DNA of 64,000 nucleotides from an uncultured Chloroflexia bacterium (GCA_963712745.1 CAVQJC010000005.1:32001-96000); one strand, 5' to 3'. Positions 21,278-31,670 are shown, counted from the stretch's first letter. Translations and numbers: made by a program. Notes: generated from the sequence alone by a model not told the origin.

Positions 21278-22363
21278 ATGGCGAAGCCGCGTGTGGGCGT
21301 GATCGGAGCGGGATCCTGGGCGGTGAGTTCGCACCTGCCCAACCTGGTCCGGCGACGCGACGCGGGCGAGATCGAGTTCGCCATCGTGAACCGGCGCAAT
21401 CCCGAGGTGCTCACGCGTATCAGGGACACGTTCGGCTTCGCGGAGGCTACGACCGACTGGCAGGAGGTCATCGAGGCCGCCCCGGACATCGTCATCGTCT
21501 CGAGCCCGCCCGGCGTGCATCATGAGCACGCCAAGGCAGCCCTCGAGGCCGGTGCGCACGTCATGTGTGAGAAGCCGTTCACCATCGACCCGGCCCAGGC
21601 CTGGGACCTGGACGCCACGGTCGAGCGCACGGGACGAGAGCTCTTCATCGCCTACGGCTGGAACTACCGGCCGATGGTGCTCGAGGCCAAGCGCCTCATG
21701 CAGCAAGACGGGGGCATCGGCGAGATCGAGCACGTGACCATGTACATGGACTCGGCCCTGCGCGAGCTGCTCTCCGAGACCGGGTCCTACTCCGACGCCG
21801 ATCCCGATCTCCTCCCCCACCCCGACACCTGGGCCCACCCCGACACCAGCGGCGGTGGCTACGCACAGGCGCAGCTCACGCACGTCTTGGGCTTGACGCT
21901 GTGGCTGACCGGCCTGCGCGGCGCGGCTGCCTTCGCGCTCATGAACCGCCCCGATGGAGCCCGCGTGGAGCTTCACGATGCGGTCGCGCTCCGCTTCGGC
22001 AACGGCGCCATCGGGACCATGGGCGGAGCCTCGTCGCACGCGGGCGCGGCCGGGAACCGGCATGGCGTGGAGCTACGCGCGGTGGGGGATCGAGGCATGC
22101 TCCGGATCGACCTGCGGGCCAATGTACTCTGGCGCTACCGCGGTGCCGGAGACGACATCAACGTGCCGCTTCCCGACGATGCGGGACAGTACGACTGCAT
22201 CGGACCCATCGATGCGGTGGTCGACGCGGCCCTCGGCCGCTCGCCGGCCAACAACTCACCAGCCGAGCTCGGCGCGCGGACGGTCGAGATCCTCGACGCC
22301 GCCTATCGCTCAGCCGAAAGCGGCATGATGGAGCCGATCGCCCAGTCCGGACCTCGACCATGA
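21278..22363 (+). CDS. Gfo/Idh/MocA family oxidoreductase
   Basis: GVIGAGSWA, HVMCEKP; RBS GAGGAGG. Confidence 0.92.
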   Translation: MAKPRVGVIGAGSWAVSSHLPNLVRRRDAGEIEFAIVNRRNPEVLTRIRDTFGFAEATTDWQEVIEAAPDIVIVSSPPGVHHEHAKAALEAGAHVMCEKPFTIDPAQAWDLDATVERTGRELFIAYGWNYRPMVLEAKRLMQQDGGIGEIEHVTMYMDSALRELLSETGSYSDADPDLLPHPDTWAHPDTSGGGYAQAQLTHVLGLTLWLTGLRGAAAFALMNRPDGARVELHDAVALRFGNGAIGTMGGASSHAGAAGNRHGVELRAVGDRGMLRIDLRANVLWRYRGAGDDINVPLPDDAGQYDCIGPIDAVVDAALGRSPANNSPAELGARTVEILDAAYRSAESGMMEPIAQSGPRP

Positions 22364-22425
22364 CCATGACCACCACCGCCCGACCCCACCGACGCCCACC
22401 ACCCCACCGGCCACGGAGGACCTAG

Positions 22426-23389
22426 ATGCCCGACCCCCACGACCCACGGCTCGAGTGGTACCGGCAGATGGTCCGCATCCGCGTCTTCGAGGACCGGGTC
22501 CAGCAGCTCTTCCTGAGCGGCCGCATCGAGGGCACGACCCATCTGTGCCAGGGCCAGGAGGCGGTCTCGGTGGGGGCCATCGCGGCCATGGCACCCGGGG
22601 ACGTCCAGACCAACACGTACCGCGGCCACGGCGAGGCACTGGCCCTGGGCATGTCCTTCGAGACGGCCATGGCCGAGCTCATGGGCAAGGCCAGCGGCGG
22701 CTCCAAGGGCCTCGGCGGCTCGATGCACCTCATCGACACCAGCAAGGGCAACATCGGGGCCAACGCCATCGTCGGCGCGGGCCTGCCCATCGCGGTCGGG
22801 GCGGCCATGGCCTTCCGGCTGCGGGCCGAGCCGCACGTGGCCCTCACCTTCGCCGGTGACGGGGCCACCAACATCGGCACCTTCCACGAGTCGCTGAACA
22901 TGGCCGCGGTCTGGGCGGCCCCGGTCGTCTTCATCATCACCAACAACCTCTACGGCGAGTACAGCCCGGTGCGCATGACCACGCCCATCGACGACCTCGC
23001 CCGGCGGGCCGAGCCCTACGACATGCCCGGGCGCATCGTCGACGGCCAGGATGTCGAGGCCGTCCATGCCGCGGTCACCGAGGCCGTGGCCCGGGCCCGC
23101 GCCGGGGACGGGTCCGAGCCTGCTCGAGATGAAGACGTACCGCTACCGCGGCCACAGCCGCTCCGACCCCGCCAAGTACCGTCCCGACGGGGAGCTCGAG
23201 GCCTGGCAGGCGCGCGATCCCATCGCCAGCCTCGGGGGGCGCCTCGCCGAGGAGGGCGCCCTGACCGAGGCCGAGCAGGCGGCCATCGCGGCCGCGGCCG
23301 AGGCCGACGTCGAGGCCGCCATCAGCGCCGCCGAGGCGGCCCCGTATCTGACCCTCGAGGAGGCCGCGCGCCATGTCTACGCCGACTGA
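22426..23389 (+). CDS. TPP-dependent dehydrogenase E1 alpha subunit (AcoA-like), frameshifted at about 23111
   Basis: HLCQGQEA, YRGHG, GGSMH, GDGA..NN; continues in another frame as GPSLLEMKTYRYRGHSRSDP. Confidence 0.88.
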
Positions 23390-24419
23390 GACCGCCGCCG
23401 TGGCCGCCGTGGCCGCCGCCGCCGATGCCGCCGTGGCCGCCGCCGAGCCGACCATGCTGTCGTACCGCGAGGCCGTCAACGCCGCCATCGACGACGCCCT
23501 CGCCGCCGATCCCGCGGTCGTCTTCCTGGGCGAGGACATCGCCAACGAGGGTGGTGTCTTCAAGACCAACGCCGGGCTGCCCGAGAAGTACGGCCAGCGC
23601 GTCCTCAACACGCCCATCTGCGAGAACGGCTTCACCGGCGTGGCCCTGGGCATGGCCGTGATGGGCCTGCGCCCCATCGTCGAGTTCATGTTCGCCGACT
23701 TCCTGCCCACCGCCGCCGACGCCATCGTCAACGAGCTGCCCAAGTACCGCTTCATGAGCGGCGGGGCCCTCAGCGTACCGGTCACGCTGCGCGTGATCAG
23801 CGGTGCCGGCGGCCGCTTCGGCACCCAGCACAGCGCCACCGGCGAGTCCTGGTTCATGGGCCAGCCGGGCCTGCGCGTGGCCGCCGCCGGCACCCCGGCC
23901 GCGGCCTACGAGCTCATCACCGCCGCCGTGCGCTCGGACGACCCGGTCATCGTCCATGAGCACAAGCTGCTCTACCTGCACCAGGGACCGGTGCGCCGCG
24001 GGGTCGCCGCCGAGCTGGGCCGCGCCTCCGTCGAGCGCGTGGGCGGCGACGTCACCATCGTGGCCACGCTGCACCTGGTCCAGCGCGCCCTGCAGGCCGC
24101 GTCCCTGCTCGCCGACGAGGGCATCGAGGCGGAGGTCATCGACCTGCGCTGGATCCGCCCACTCGACCTCGCCACCATCACCGAGTCGGTCGAGAAGACC
24201 GGGCGGCTGGTGGTGGCCGAGGAGCAGTGGCACGATGCCGGCTGGGGCGCCACGCTCATCAGCCGGCTGGCCATGAGCGGTGCCAGCATGAGTGCCCCGC
24301 CGCGAGCGGTGTCGCTGCCCCACGACATGCTCATCCCCTATGCCCCGCCGCTGGAGGACGCGGTCATCCCCTCGGCCGAGCGCATCGCCGAGGAGGCTCG
24401 GGCGAGCCTGTACTCGTGA
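23373..24419 (+). CDS. TPP-dependent dehydrogenase E1 beta subunit (AcoB-like)
   Basis: GEDI, TPICE, PIVEFMFADF, QHS, EVIDLRWIRPLD. Confidence 0.92.
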   Translation: MSTPTETAAVAAVAAAADAAVAAAEPTMLSYREAVNAAIDDALAADPAVVFLGEDIANEGGVFKTNAGLPEKYGQRVLNTPICENGFTGVALGMAVMGLRPIVEFMFADFLPTAADAIVNELPKYRFMSGGALSVPVTLRVISGAGGRFGTQHSATGESWFMGQPGLRVAAAGTPAAAYELITAAVRSDDPVIVHEHKLLYLHQGPVRRGVAAELGRASVERVGGDVTIVATLHLVQRALQAASLLADEGIEAEVIDLRWIRPLDLATITESVEKTGRLVVAEEQWHDAGWGATLISRLAMSGASMSAPPRAVSLPHDMLIPYAPPLEDAVIPSAERIAEEARASLYS

Positions 24420-24435
24420 CGGAGGAGACGGCCAC

Positions 24436-25593
24436 ATGACGGGGGAGACGGCCACGGCCCTCGACCGCAGCTCGCTGGTGATCGAGCGCATCGAGACGCT
24501 CGCGGTGCGCGCTCCGCTGGCCCGACGCTTCGAGGGCAGCGCCTACTCGATGGTCAACCGGGCCACCATCGTCACCCGTCTCTACACGCGTGACGGGGTC
24601 GTGGCCGAGGTCTACAACGGCGACACCGATGTCGAGCAACCCATCATCATCGACATCATCCACGAGGAGCTGGCCCCACGAGTCCTGGGCCGCAGCGCCA
24701 CCGACCCCGAGGGCGCATGGACGGCCATGGAGCCATCCACGAACGACATCCTGCGCGACCGTGGACTCGCGCTCCAGGCTATCGCCTGCCTGGACACCGC
24801 CATCTGGGATGCCCTCGCGCGGGCGCTCGGCGTGCCCCTGCACCGGCTCTGGGGCTCGGTCACCGACGTGCTGCCGATGAGCGTCATCGGAGGCTACTAC
24901 CACCTTGACGCGGCCCAGACCCAGGAGGTCGTGGCCGACTACGCCACGCGCTTCGCGGGCATGAAGTTCAAGGTCGGCGGCCGCTCACCGGCCGAGGATG
25001 CCGAGCGCGTGCGTCTGGCGCGCGAAGCGGCCGGGGCGGACTTCGTGCTCATGGTCGATGCAAACCAGGGTTACGAGCGTGCGGAGGCCGTCGAGTTCGG
25101 GCGCCTCGTGGCCGACCTCGACATCCGCTGGTTCGAGGAGCCATGCCGCTGGACCAACGATCGCCGCTGGATGCGCGACGTGCGCTACCAGACTGGACTG
25201 GCGGTGGCGGCCGGTCAGTCGGAGGTCACCCTCGGCGGCTTGCGTGACCTGGTCGTCGAGGGTGCCATCGACGTGAGCAACTTCGACGCCTCGTGGTCGG
25301 GCGGCCCCACCGTCTGGCGTCGGGCGGCCGGGCTGTGCAGCGCGTTCGGCGTGGAGATGGGACATCACGAGGAACCGCAGGTGTCGTCGCACCTGCTGGC
25401 CTCGGTCCCGCGCCATACGTTCGTGGAGTGCTTCGACGAGGAGCGCGATCCGTTCTTCTGGCAGCTATCGGACCTGTCCACGTTCCTGCGCGGCGGCAGT
25501 CTTCACCTGCCCGAGCGACCCGGTTTCGGGATCGAGTTCGACACCGACTATGTCGAGCGCTACACGCTCGACCGTCGCGTCACGAGCCGGTAG
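24436..25593 (+). CDS. Mandelate racemase / enolase superfamily protein
   Basis: LDTAIWD, KFKVG, MVDANQ, WFEEP, PGFG. Confidence 0.9.
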   Translation: MTGETATALDRSSLVIERIETLAVRAPLARRFEGSAYSMVNRATIVTRLYTRDGVVAEVYNGDTDVEQPIIIDIIHEELAPRVLGRSATDPEGAWTAMEPSTNDILRDRGLALQAIACLDTAIWDALARALGVPLHRLWGSVTDVLPMSVIGGYYHLDAAQTQEVVADYATRFAGMKFKVGGRSPAEDAERVRLAREAAGADFVLMVDANQGYERAEAVEFGRLVADLDIRWFEEPCRWTNDRRWMRDVRYQTGLAVAAGQSEVTLGGLRDLVVEGAIDVSNFDASWSGGPTVWRRAAGLCSAFGVEMGHHEEPQVSSHLLASVPRHTFVECFDEERDPFFWQLSDLSTFLRGGSLHLPERPGFGIEFDTDYVERYTLDRRVTSR

Positions 25594-25600
25594 GTCCGCC

Positions 25601-25797
25601 GGGTCCGAACGCCAGTTCCGCAGGATCTAACGCCAGTTCCGCAGGATCGAACGCCAGTTCCGCCGGGTCGAGCGCCAGTTCCGCTGGGTCGAGCGCTGCG
25701 TCCGCCGGGTCGAGCGCTGCGTCCGCTGGGTCGAGCGCTGCGTCCGCCGGGTCGAGCGCCAGTTCCGCCGGGTCGAGCGCCAGTTCCGCCGGGTCCG
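25601..25797. repeat. 21-bp tandem repeat (consensus GCCAGTTCCGCCGGGTCGAGC), about 9 copies
   Basis: Directly visible after the stop of the enolase-family gene. Confidence 0.93.
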
Positions 25798-26001
25798 CGG
25801 GGGCGGCACGGTCGCGGTTCATGGGCGGCCGGAACGTACCGCAATTCGCAATCATTGAACGATCCGGCCGATTCGGACGTCCCCGGGCCACACAACAGGC
25901 TCGAGAGGCGCCTCGCCATGCTGCAAGGCCGCTCGCCATGCCTGCAGGGACATGGCCGCGGGCTGGATCCGGCCGCCAGGCGCCGCTGCGGGCAACGATT
26001 C

Positions 26002-26071
26002 GGCCCTGGAGCCTTCGGCGTTCTTGGCCCTGGAGCCTTCGGCGTTCTTGGCCCTGGAGCCTTCAGCGTTC
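26002..26071. repeat. 24-bp tandem repeat GGCCCTGGAGCCTTCGGCGTTCTT, about 3 copies
   Basis: Two exact copies and one near-exact copy. Confidence 0.9.
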
Positions 26072-26179
26072 AATGATCGCGAAGAAGCGCAACTCTGGCC
26101 TGGCTCGCAGAGCCCGTAGTCAACGCAGTCACGCGAAAGGCGGGGTGCCTCGCCCACGCGAGAGCGGGAGGCGCCTCAA

Positions 26180-26333
26180 CGGACGGCTTCATCGGGTTCG
26201 GGGTGGCCAGGCCGACCACGGAAACGGTGCCGCACAGGTCAGCCTGGGTGACCGCGTCAGCAGCGGCCAAGGTGGCGATCGAGGTCACGGCCAGAAGGTC
26301 CTGGATGTCATCGCCGTTCTTGTCGAGGAGCGC
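26180..26333 (-). pseudogene. Remnant of a sugar ABC substrate-binding protein gene
   Basis: Translates as ALLDKNGDDIQDLLAVTSIATLAAADAVTQADLCGTVSVVGLATPNPMKP, resembling [34 protein letters not shown] of the RhaS-like protein. Confidence 0.6.
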
Positions 26334-27203
26334 TCAGCCCTGCGCGCTGGCCGCCTTGGCCATCTCCTGGCCCATGAAGCGGCGGGCCTGGACTGCCAGA
26401 TCCATGCTGTCGTCCCACATGTCGCGCCAGATGCGCAGGATGGTGGTGAGGTTCTCGTCGACGACCTTGGAGCTGAACGACTCGAAGGTGATGACGCCGT
26501 CGTACTCGGCATCGACGAGGGCCTTGAACAGCTCGGGGAAGTTCACGTGGCCCTGGCCCAGGTAGCCACGGTGGTTCTCACCGATGTGGACGTAGCCGAG
26601 CAGGTCACCGGCATCGAAGACCGGATCGCGGAAGTTCTTCTCCTCGATGTTCATGTGGTACGAGTCGAGGTGGACCACCAGGTTGTCCGAACCGATCTCG
26701 CGGATGTACTCGACCGTCTGCGTCGTGGTGTTGAGCAGGTTGGACTCGTAGCGGTTGACGAACTCGAGCCCGACGGTGATACCACTGGCCTTGGCCTTCT
26801 CGGCCAGGCGGCCGATGACGGCCTGGCTGTTCTCGCGGCCCTTGGCGGTGGGCAGCGTCATGTACGGGGCGAGCGCGCTGAAGATGACGCCGCCGAGGTA
26901 GGTCCCGCCGAGATCGCGCACCATGGCGAGGGCGTCGTTGAGCGTGGCCTCGCCGCGGGCGACCGAGTCGGGGTCCTCGCTGTTGATGTCGTTGTCGAAG
27001 CCGAGCCCCAGCGAGCAGGTGGCCTCGATGCCGTGGGTCTCGAGCGCGCGCTGGATGGCAGGGATGTCCATGGAGGCAGGCTCGAAGGCCGGCAGCTCGA
27101 TGATGTCGTAGCCGGCCTCCCTGGTGCTGCTGACCGCGTACTCGCACTCCTTCTCGCCCCAGCTGCCCGACCACACGAGGGCATGGACCCCGAACTTGTT
27201 CAT
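26334..27203 (-). CDS. Ketose 3-epimerase family (D-psicose/D-tagatose 3-epimerase-like)
   Basis: LEFVNRYE, HLDSYHMNIEE, HIGENHRG, ITFESF. Confidence 0.9.
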   Translation of the reverse strand: MNKFGVHALVWSGSWGEKECEYAVSSTREAGYDIIELPAFEPASMDIPAIQRALETHGIEATCSLGLGFDNDINSEDPDSVARGEATLNDALAMVRDLGGTYLGGVIFSALAPYMTLPTAKGRENSQAVIGRLAEKAKASGITVGLEFVNRYESNLLNTTTQTVEYIREIGSDNLVVHLDSYHMNIEEKNFRDPVFDAGDLLGYVHIGENHRGYLGQGHVNFPELFKALVDAEYDGVITFESFSSKVVDENLTTILRIWRDMWDDSMDLAVQARRFMGQEMAKAASAQG

Positions 27204-27321
27204 GGCTGTTCTGCTCCCTTTCCGCTCCTGGCCGATCCGGTACGGGCGGCCCGTCCCGCTGCCTGCTTGCTGCTCTCCATGAGCCGAGCGAATCGCTCGC
27301 TCACAAGGGCCTCGTCGAGTC

Positions 27322-28680
27322 TCATGCCCCAGCCGCCGTGGCAGGGGTCAATCGCCAATCGGCGCGACGGATCGCGACGGCCGCGATGAGCCCGACGAAA
27401 GCCAGCGCGATCGCTCCTGCGAGCATAGCCGCTCGCACTCCCAGCAGGTCCGCAAACCAGCCGGCGAGGATGGCCCCGAACAGGCTGGAGCCCTGGAAAG
27501 TCATGACCCAGACGCCCATGACCCGGCCACGCAGCTCGTCCGGCGTGGCCGAATGGACCGACACGAGCGCGTTCTGGGCGAGCGTGATCTGGGCCGCACC
27601 CAGCAGGAAGGCGAAGGCGAACACGAGCGTGGTCGACTGGGCCAAAGCGACTCCGGCCACGAGCGCCGCCATGGCCAGCAGGCCGGCCACCATCCACGGC
27701 CGCCGGTCGCCGTGGGCGAAAGCGGTCACCAGCAACGCGGCCGCAAGGGCGCCGGCCCCCGAGGCGCCAAGGAAGGCCCCGTAACCGTCGGCGCCGAGAC
27801 CCATCTCCTGCTGGGCATAGATCGGCGCCAGCGTGGTGAAGGTCGCCATACCGAACATGGCGGCCGCCCAGACGCTCACCAGTGACAGGCGCACCACCGG
27901 GCTGCGGGCCACGAACGAGAGTCCGCCGCGCAGGTCGGAGAGGATCGAGTGCGAACTGTCGGCTCGCTGACGTCCCTTCTCGCGGTAGCGATCCATCCAC
28001 AGGAACGAGGCTGCTACCAGCAGCGAGGCGATTGCGCCGAAGGCGAAGGGCGAGGCAGAGCCGAAGGCCGCGATCATGAGGCCAGCGACCACCGGCCCCA
28101 GCAGGCGCGTGGTATTCCAGGCCGTGGCATGCAGCGAAGCCGCGCTGGAGATATCCGACCTGGGCACCATCTCGGTCATGAACGCCTGGCGGACCGGCAC
28201 CTCCACCGCGATCAGCAGGCCGAACCCGAACGAGGCGGCCATCAGCATCGGCAGCGACTGGGTCCCGCTCACGACCAGCAGGAACACGGCGGCTGAGAGG
28301 ACCGCGGCGAATACCTGGGCGCCGACGAGCACGTTGCGCCGCTCGACGCGGTCGGCGAGCACGCCGCTCATCGGGCCCACGAAGAGGGTGGGCAGGAAGA
28401 AGGAGCCGGTGACCAGGCCGACCTGGGCCGGGGTCGCGCCCAGCTCGACGGCCAGCCAGGGAATGGCCACCAGGGGCATCCACATGGACAGGCCACGGAA
28501 CAGCATGCCCATGAAGTAGATGCGGAAGCCCCGCTGGCGGAATGCGCGGAAGCCGTGCAGGCGGCCGCGGCGCGCAGGGGCACCCTGACCGGTCGGCTGG
28601 GACTCGCCCTGCGGCGGCTCCGCTGATCCGGTCGCGTCCGTCGGCACCGGTTCGGTTGGAGTGGCGGGCGTAATCGTCAT
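27322..28680 (-). CDS. MFS transporter (MFS_3-like)
   Basis: About 12 hydrophobic segments, GVLADRVERR motif A, LRGRVMG. Confidence 0.9.
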   Translation of the reverse strand: MTITPATPTEPVPTDATGSAEPPQGESQPTGQGAPARRGRLHGFRAFRQRGFRIYFMGMLFRGLSMWMPLVAIPWLAVELGATPAQVGLVTGSFFLPTLFVGPMSGVLADRVERRNVLVGAQVFAAVLSAAVFLLVVSGTQSLPMLMAASFGFGLLIAVEVPVRQAFMTEMVPRSDISSAASLHATAWNTTRLLGPVVAGLMIAAFGSASPFAFGAIASLLVAASFLWMDRYREKGRQRADSSHSILSDLRGGLSFVARSPVVRLSLVSVWAAAMFGMATFTTLAPIYAQQEMGLGADGYGAFLGASGAGALAAALLVTAFAHGDRRPWMVAGLLAMAALVAGVALAQSTTLVFAFAFLLGAAQITLAQNALVSVHSATPDELRGRVMGVWVMTFQGSSLFGAILAGWFADLLGVRAAMLAGAIALAFVGLIAAVAIRRADWRLTPATAAGA

Positions 28681-28747
28681 CGAGTGCCCTAACTCTACGA
28701 CGGTTGCCGGTCGAAGGCATCGTGCCGAGCGGCCCGGGCTGGAGGGT

Positions 28748-29857
28748 CTACCTGCCCGGCCCGATCTCCACGGTCGTCTTGATGTGGTCCCCGGCACCGG
28801 CGAGATGCCGGGCGATGGCGTCCACGTCGAAGCCCTCGATGCGGTCGGTGATGAGCTCGGCCAGCCAGCCCCGGCTGTCTCCACGGGTCTCCGCCTGCCC
28901 GATGGTGGCGACCGCTTGCGCGTAGTCATCCCAGGAGGCAGCCGCGCTGCCCACGATGACCCGGTTGTAGAGCACTAGCGCCTGGTTGAGACGCGCCATG
29001 TCCACGGTCAGCGGCCGACTGCCGGGGGTGACGCTGAAAAGCGCCAGCACACCGTTGGGTGCGAGGGCAGCCACGGCGGACTCGATGAGCGCAGGGGCGC
29101 CCGAGCCCTCGAAGACGATGTCGAAGGGGCCGTCTCGCTCGACCAGGGCAGGCAGGTCGCCGTCGGCAGCGCTGGCATAGTGAGCGCCGACGCGCTCGAT
29201 GAGCGTCGAGTTGCGATACGGCGCGGGTCGGCGCGCGTAGGTCGTGACCTCCAGGCCCCGCAGGCGCAGCGCCAGCGTGGCCAACAGCCCGATGGTGGAG
29301 GCGCCGGTGACCAGCGCCCGTCTCGGCTCCCACAGCTCGAGGCGGCCCTGCACCTGGTCGGCCTGACGCAGAGACTTGGTGATACAGCTCAGCGGCTCGG
29401 TGAGGATGGCCACGTCCTCGAGCTCGTCGGGCACCGGCACCAGGTAGCGCGCGTCGGCCACGACCTCCTCGGCCATGAAGCCGTGGGCCCGGCTGATGCC
29501 GGTCTCGATGAAGACGGGGTCGGTCGAGAGGTCGGGTCGGTCGATGCGGTCGTGGGCACTGCCCCCGGGACGGCGGATGGTGACGACCACCGACTGGCCG
29601 ACGAAAGCGTCATCGACGGTGGGCCCCACCTCCTCCACCCGGCCCAGTGATTCGTGGCCCAGGACGAGGTAGTCGTCGCCCTCGGGAGCGACGCCGTATG
29701 CCCCCGCCGCGAGGTCGGCGTCGGTGCCGCAGAGCCCGGCGCGGATGATACGGACGCGCGCGCCTCGTCCGCCTGGAACCTGGCCCAGGGTCGGTCGGGG
29801 CACGTCGCGCAGATGCACCGAATCGGGCGTGCCGGGCCGGATGGCGATGGCCTTCAT
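28748..29857 (-). CDS. Zn-dependent glucose 1-dehydrogenase family protein
   Basis: GLCGTD, LGHESLG, RRPG, HGFMAE, LTEP. Confidence 0.85.
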   Translation of the reverse strand: MKAIAIRPGTPDSVHLRDVPRPTLGQVPGGRGARVRIIRAGLCGTDADLAAGAYGVAPEGDDYLVLGHESLGRVEEVGPTVDDAFVGQSVVVTIRRPGGSAHDRIDRPDLSTDPVFIETGISRAHGFMAEEVVADARYLVPVPDELEDVAILTEPLSCITKSLRQADQVQGRLELWEPRRALVTGASTIGLLATLALRLRGLEVTTYARRPAPYRNSTLIERVGAHYASAADGDLPALVERDGPFDIVFEGSGAPALIESAVAALAPNGVLALFSVTPGSRPLTVDMARLNQALVLYNRVIVGSAAASWDDYAQAVATIGQAETRGDSRGWLAELITDRIEGFDVDAIARHLAGAGDHIKTTVEIGPGR

Positions 29858-29946
29858 GGCCCCAGCCTAGCCAGTCAGAGGACGCGGCGGGCCGGTCACC
29901 GCATCGACCTCGCCCGGTCAAGCCACGGGTCGGCTGGTCCTCGCGA

Positions 29947-29987
29947 ATCGAACACGGGCGGTGGACCACCCACCGCCCGTGTTCGAT
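29947..29987 (-). terminator. Hairpin downstream of glnA
   Basis: ATCGAACACGGGCGGTGG-loop-CCACCGCCCGTGTTCGAT, 18-bp stem. Confidence 0.7.
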
Positions 29988-30048
29988 AGCTCCCAGGGCG
30001 CCTCACAGCCCCGGGAGTGCGACTCCCAGAAGGATGCGCGTCAGTTCG

Positions 30049-31431
30049 CTAGTAAGCCTCGAGGTATCGGTCCAGCTCCCACTCGGTGATCTGCTGGTTG
30101 TAGGCGTCCCACTCCTCTTGCTTGGCCTCGACGTAGTGGCTGAAGACGTGATCGCCGAGGGCCTCCGCGATGACCTCGTCCTGCTTCAGGGCCTCGATGG
30201 CCTCGCCGAGCGATCCGGGCATCTCGGTGATGCCCTTCTCAAGGACGCGCTCCGGGGTCATCTCGAAGAGGGATTCCTCCACCGGGTCGGCCAGCTTCAT
30301 GCCCTTCTCGATGCCGTCCAGGCCGGCCGCCAGCATGGCTGCGAAGGCGAGGTAGGTGTTGGCCGTGGGGTCGGGGCAGCGGACCTCGACGCGGGTGGCT
30401 TCCACCGAGCGGCCCGGTGAGACCTTGGGCACGCGGATGAGCGCGGACCGGTTGGTGCGACCCCAGGTCAGGTAGGTCGGCGCCTCGTAGCCGGGCACCA
30501 GGCGCTTGTAGCTGTTTACGATCGGGGCCAGCAGCGCGCTCATGCCACGGGCGTGCGCGAGGACGCCGGCCATGTAGGCCTGCGCCAGCTTGGACAGGCC
30601 GTACTTGCTGCGTGGCTCGGCGAAGGCGTTCTTCTGATCTTCGATGGAGAACAGGCTCTGGTGCGTGTGCATGCCGGAGCCGTTGATGCCCTCGATGGGC
30701 TTGGGCATGAACGTGGCATACAGGCCGTGCAGGTTGGCGATGGCCTTGAGCGTGAACTTGAAGGTGATGGCGTTGTCAGCGGTGGTCAGGCCATCGCTGT
30801 ACTGGAAGTCGATCTCGTGCTGGCCGTAGGCGACCTCGTGGTGCGCAGCCTCGACGCGGATGCCGAACGCCTCCAGCGCGTTGACCATGTCGCGCCGGAC
30901 GGACTGGGCCAGGTCGGTCGAGAAGTCGAAGTAGCCACCCTGGTCGTGGGGCAGCGGGGCGATGTTGCCGTCCGCATCCTTGCGGAAGAGGAAGAACTCC
31001 AGCTCGGGGCCGGCGTTCCAGATGTAGCCCATGTCCTCGGCGCGCTGGAGCTGCTTCTTGAGCACGCCGCGGGGGTCGCCCACGAAGGGCTGACCGTCAG
31101 GTGTCATGACATCGCAGATGACGCGGGCCGTGCCGCGAGAGCCGAGCGGGCCCGCAGACAGGTCACCACCCTGCCAGGGAATCTCGGCGAACGTGTTCAT
31201 GTCCGGAGCCAGCCACTGGTCCGACTCTGCGATACGGGTGAAGCCCTCGATCGACGAACCGTCGAACCAGGTGCCGTGCTCGAGCGACTCCTCGAGGCGG
31301 TAGAGCGGGATGGTGATGCCCTTGACGATGCCGAGCAGGTCCGTGAACTGCAGCTCCACGAACCGGATGTCCCGGTCCTTGGCAGCCTGGATCTTGTCGA
31401 GCGGATCGTTCGACGCTACTTCGATGACCAA
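30049..31431 (-). CDS. glnA: Glutamine synthetase type I
   Basis: FDGSSIEG, HHEVAYGQHEI, FMPKP..NGSGMHTHQS, YKRLVPGYEAP, NRSALIR; TTG start after AGAGGAG. Confidence 0.95.
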   Translation of the reverse strand: MVIEVASNDPLDKIQAAKDRDIRFVELQFTDLLGIVKGITIPLYRLEESLEHGTWFDGSSIEGFTRIAESDQWLAPDMNTFAEIPWQGGDLSAGPLGSRGTARVICDVMTPDGQPFVGDPRGVLKKQLQRAEDMGYIWNAGPELEFFLFRKDADGNIAPLPHDQGGYFDFSTDLAQSVRRDMVNALEAFGIRVEAAHHEVAYGQHEIDFQYSDGLTTADNAITFKFTLKAIANLHGLYATFMPKPIEGINGSGMHTHQSLFSIEDQKNAFAEPRSKYGLSKLAQAYMAGVLAHARGMSALLAPIVNSYKRLVPGYEAPTYLTWGRTNRSALIRVPKVSPGRSVEATRVEVRCPDPTANTYLAFAAMLAAGLDGIEKGMKLADPVEESLFEMTPERVLEKGITEMPGSLGEAIEALKQDEVIAEALGDHVFSHYVEAKQEEWDAYNQQITEWELDRYLEAY

Positions 31432-31604
31432 CGGTCTCTCCTCTTCTGCCGTGCGCTGGGCCCAGGAACCACGTACGGGCACACAGTGAGGCGGCACGGC
31501 CGATTCCGAGGGTAGACCGCGGCCTGCCGAGATAGGTTGCCCCCCGGTTACGCATGGGAGCCGGTCCTCGGACGTTTCCCGGATGGGGGTCCCGAAACGC
31601 ACGA

Positions 31605-31650
31605 GAGGGGTGCCGATCGGGCCTGCAAGAGGACCCGAGCGGCACCCCTC
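31605..31650 (-). terminator. Hairpin between the beta-helix gene and glnA
   Basis: GAGGGGTGCCG...CGGCACCCCTC inverted repeat. Confidence 0.55.
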
Positions 31651-31670
31651 GGTGTCTCAGGGATCAGGGC

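Noticed and set aside
19294-21525. Long antisense/overlapping ORFs (also 4041-6119, 15428-16633, 25293-27389, 11883-13241)
   Set aside because: Shadow frames of real genes, typical of high-GC DNA; no recognisable motifs
24418-24456. Short near-duplication GACGG(A/G)GGAGACGGCCAC at the start of the enolase-family gene
   Set aside because: Small local duplication of the RBS region with no further structure
25580-25939. Repeat protein (DPAELAL)n
   Set aside because: Translation of the 21-bp minisatellite with no convincing start; treated as non-coding
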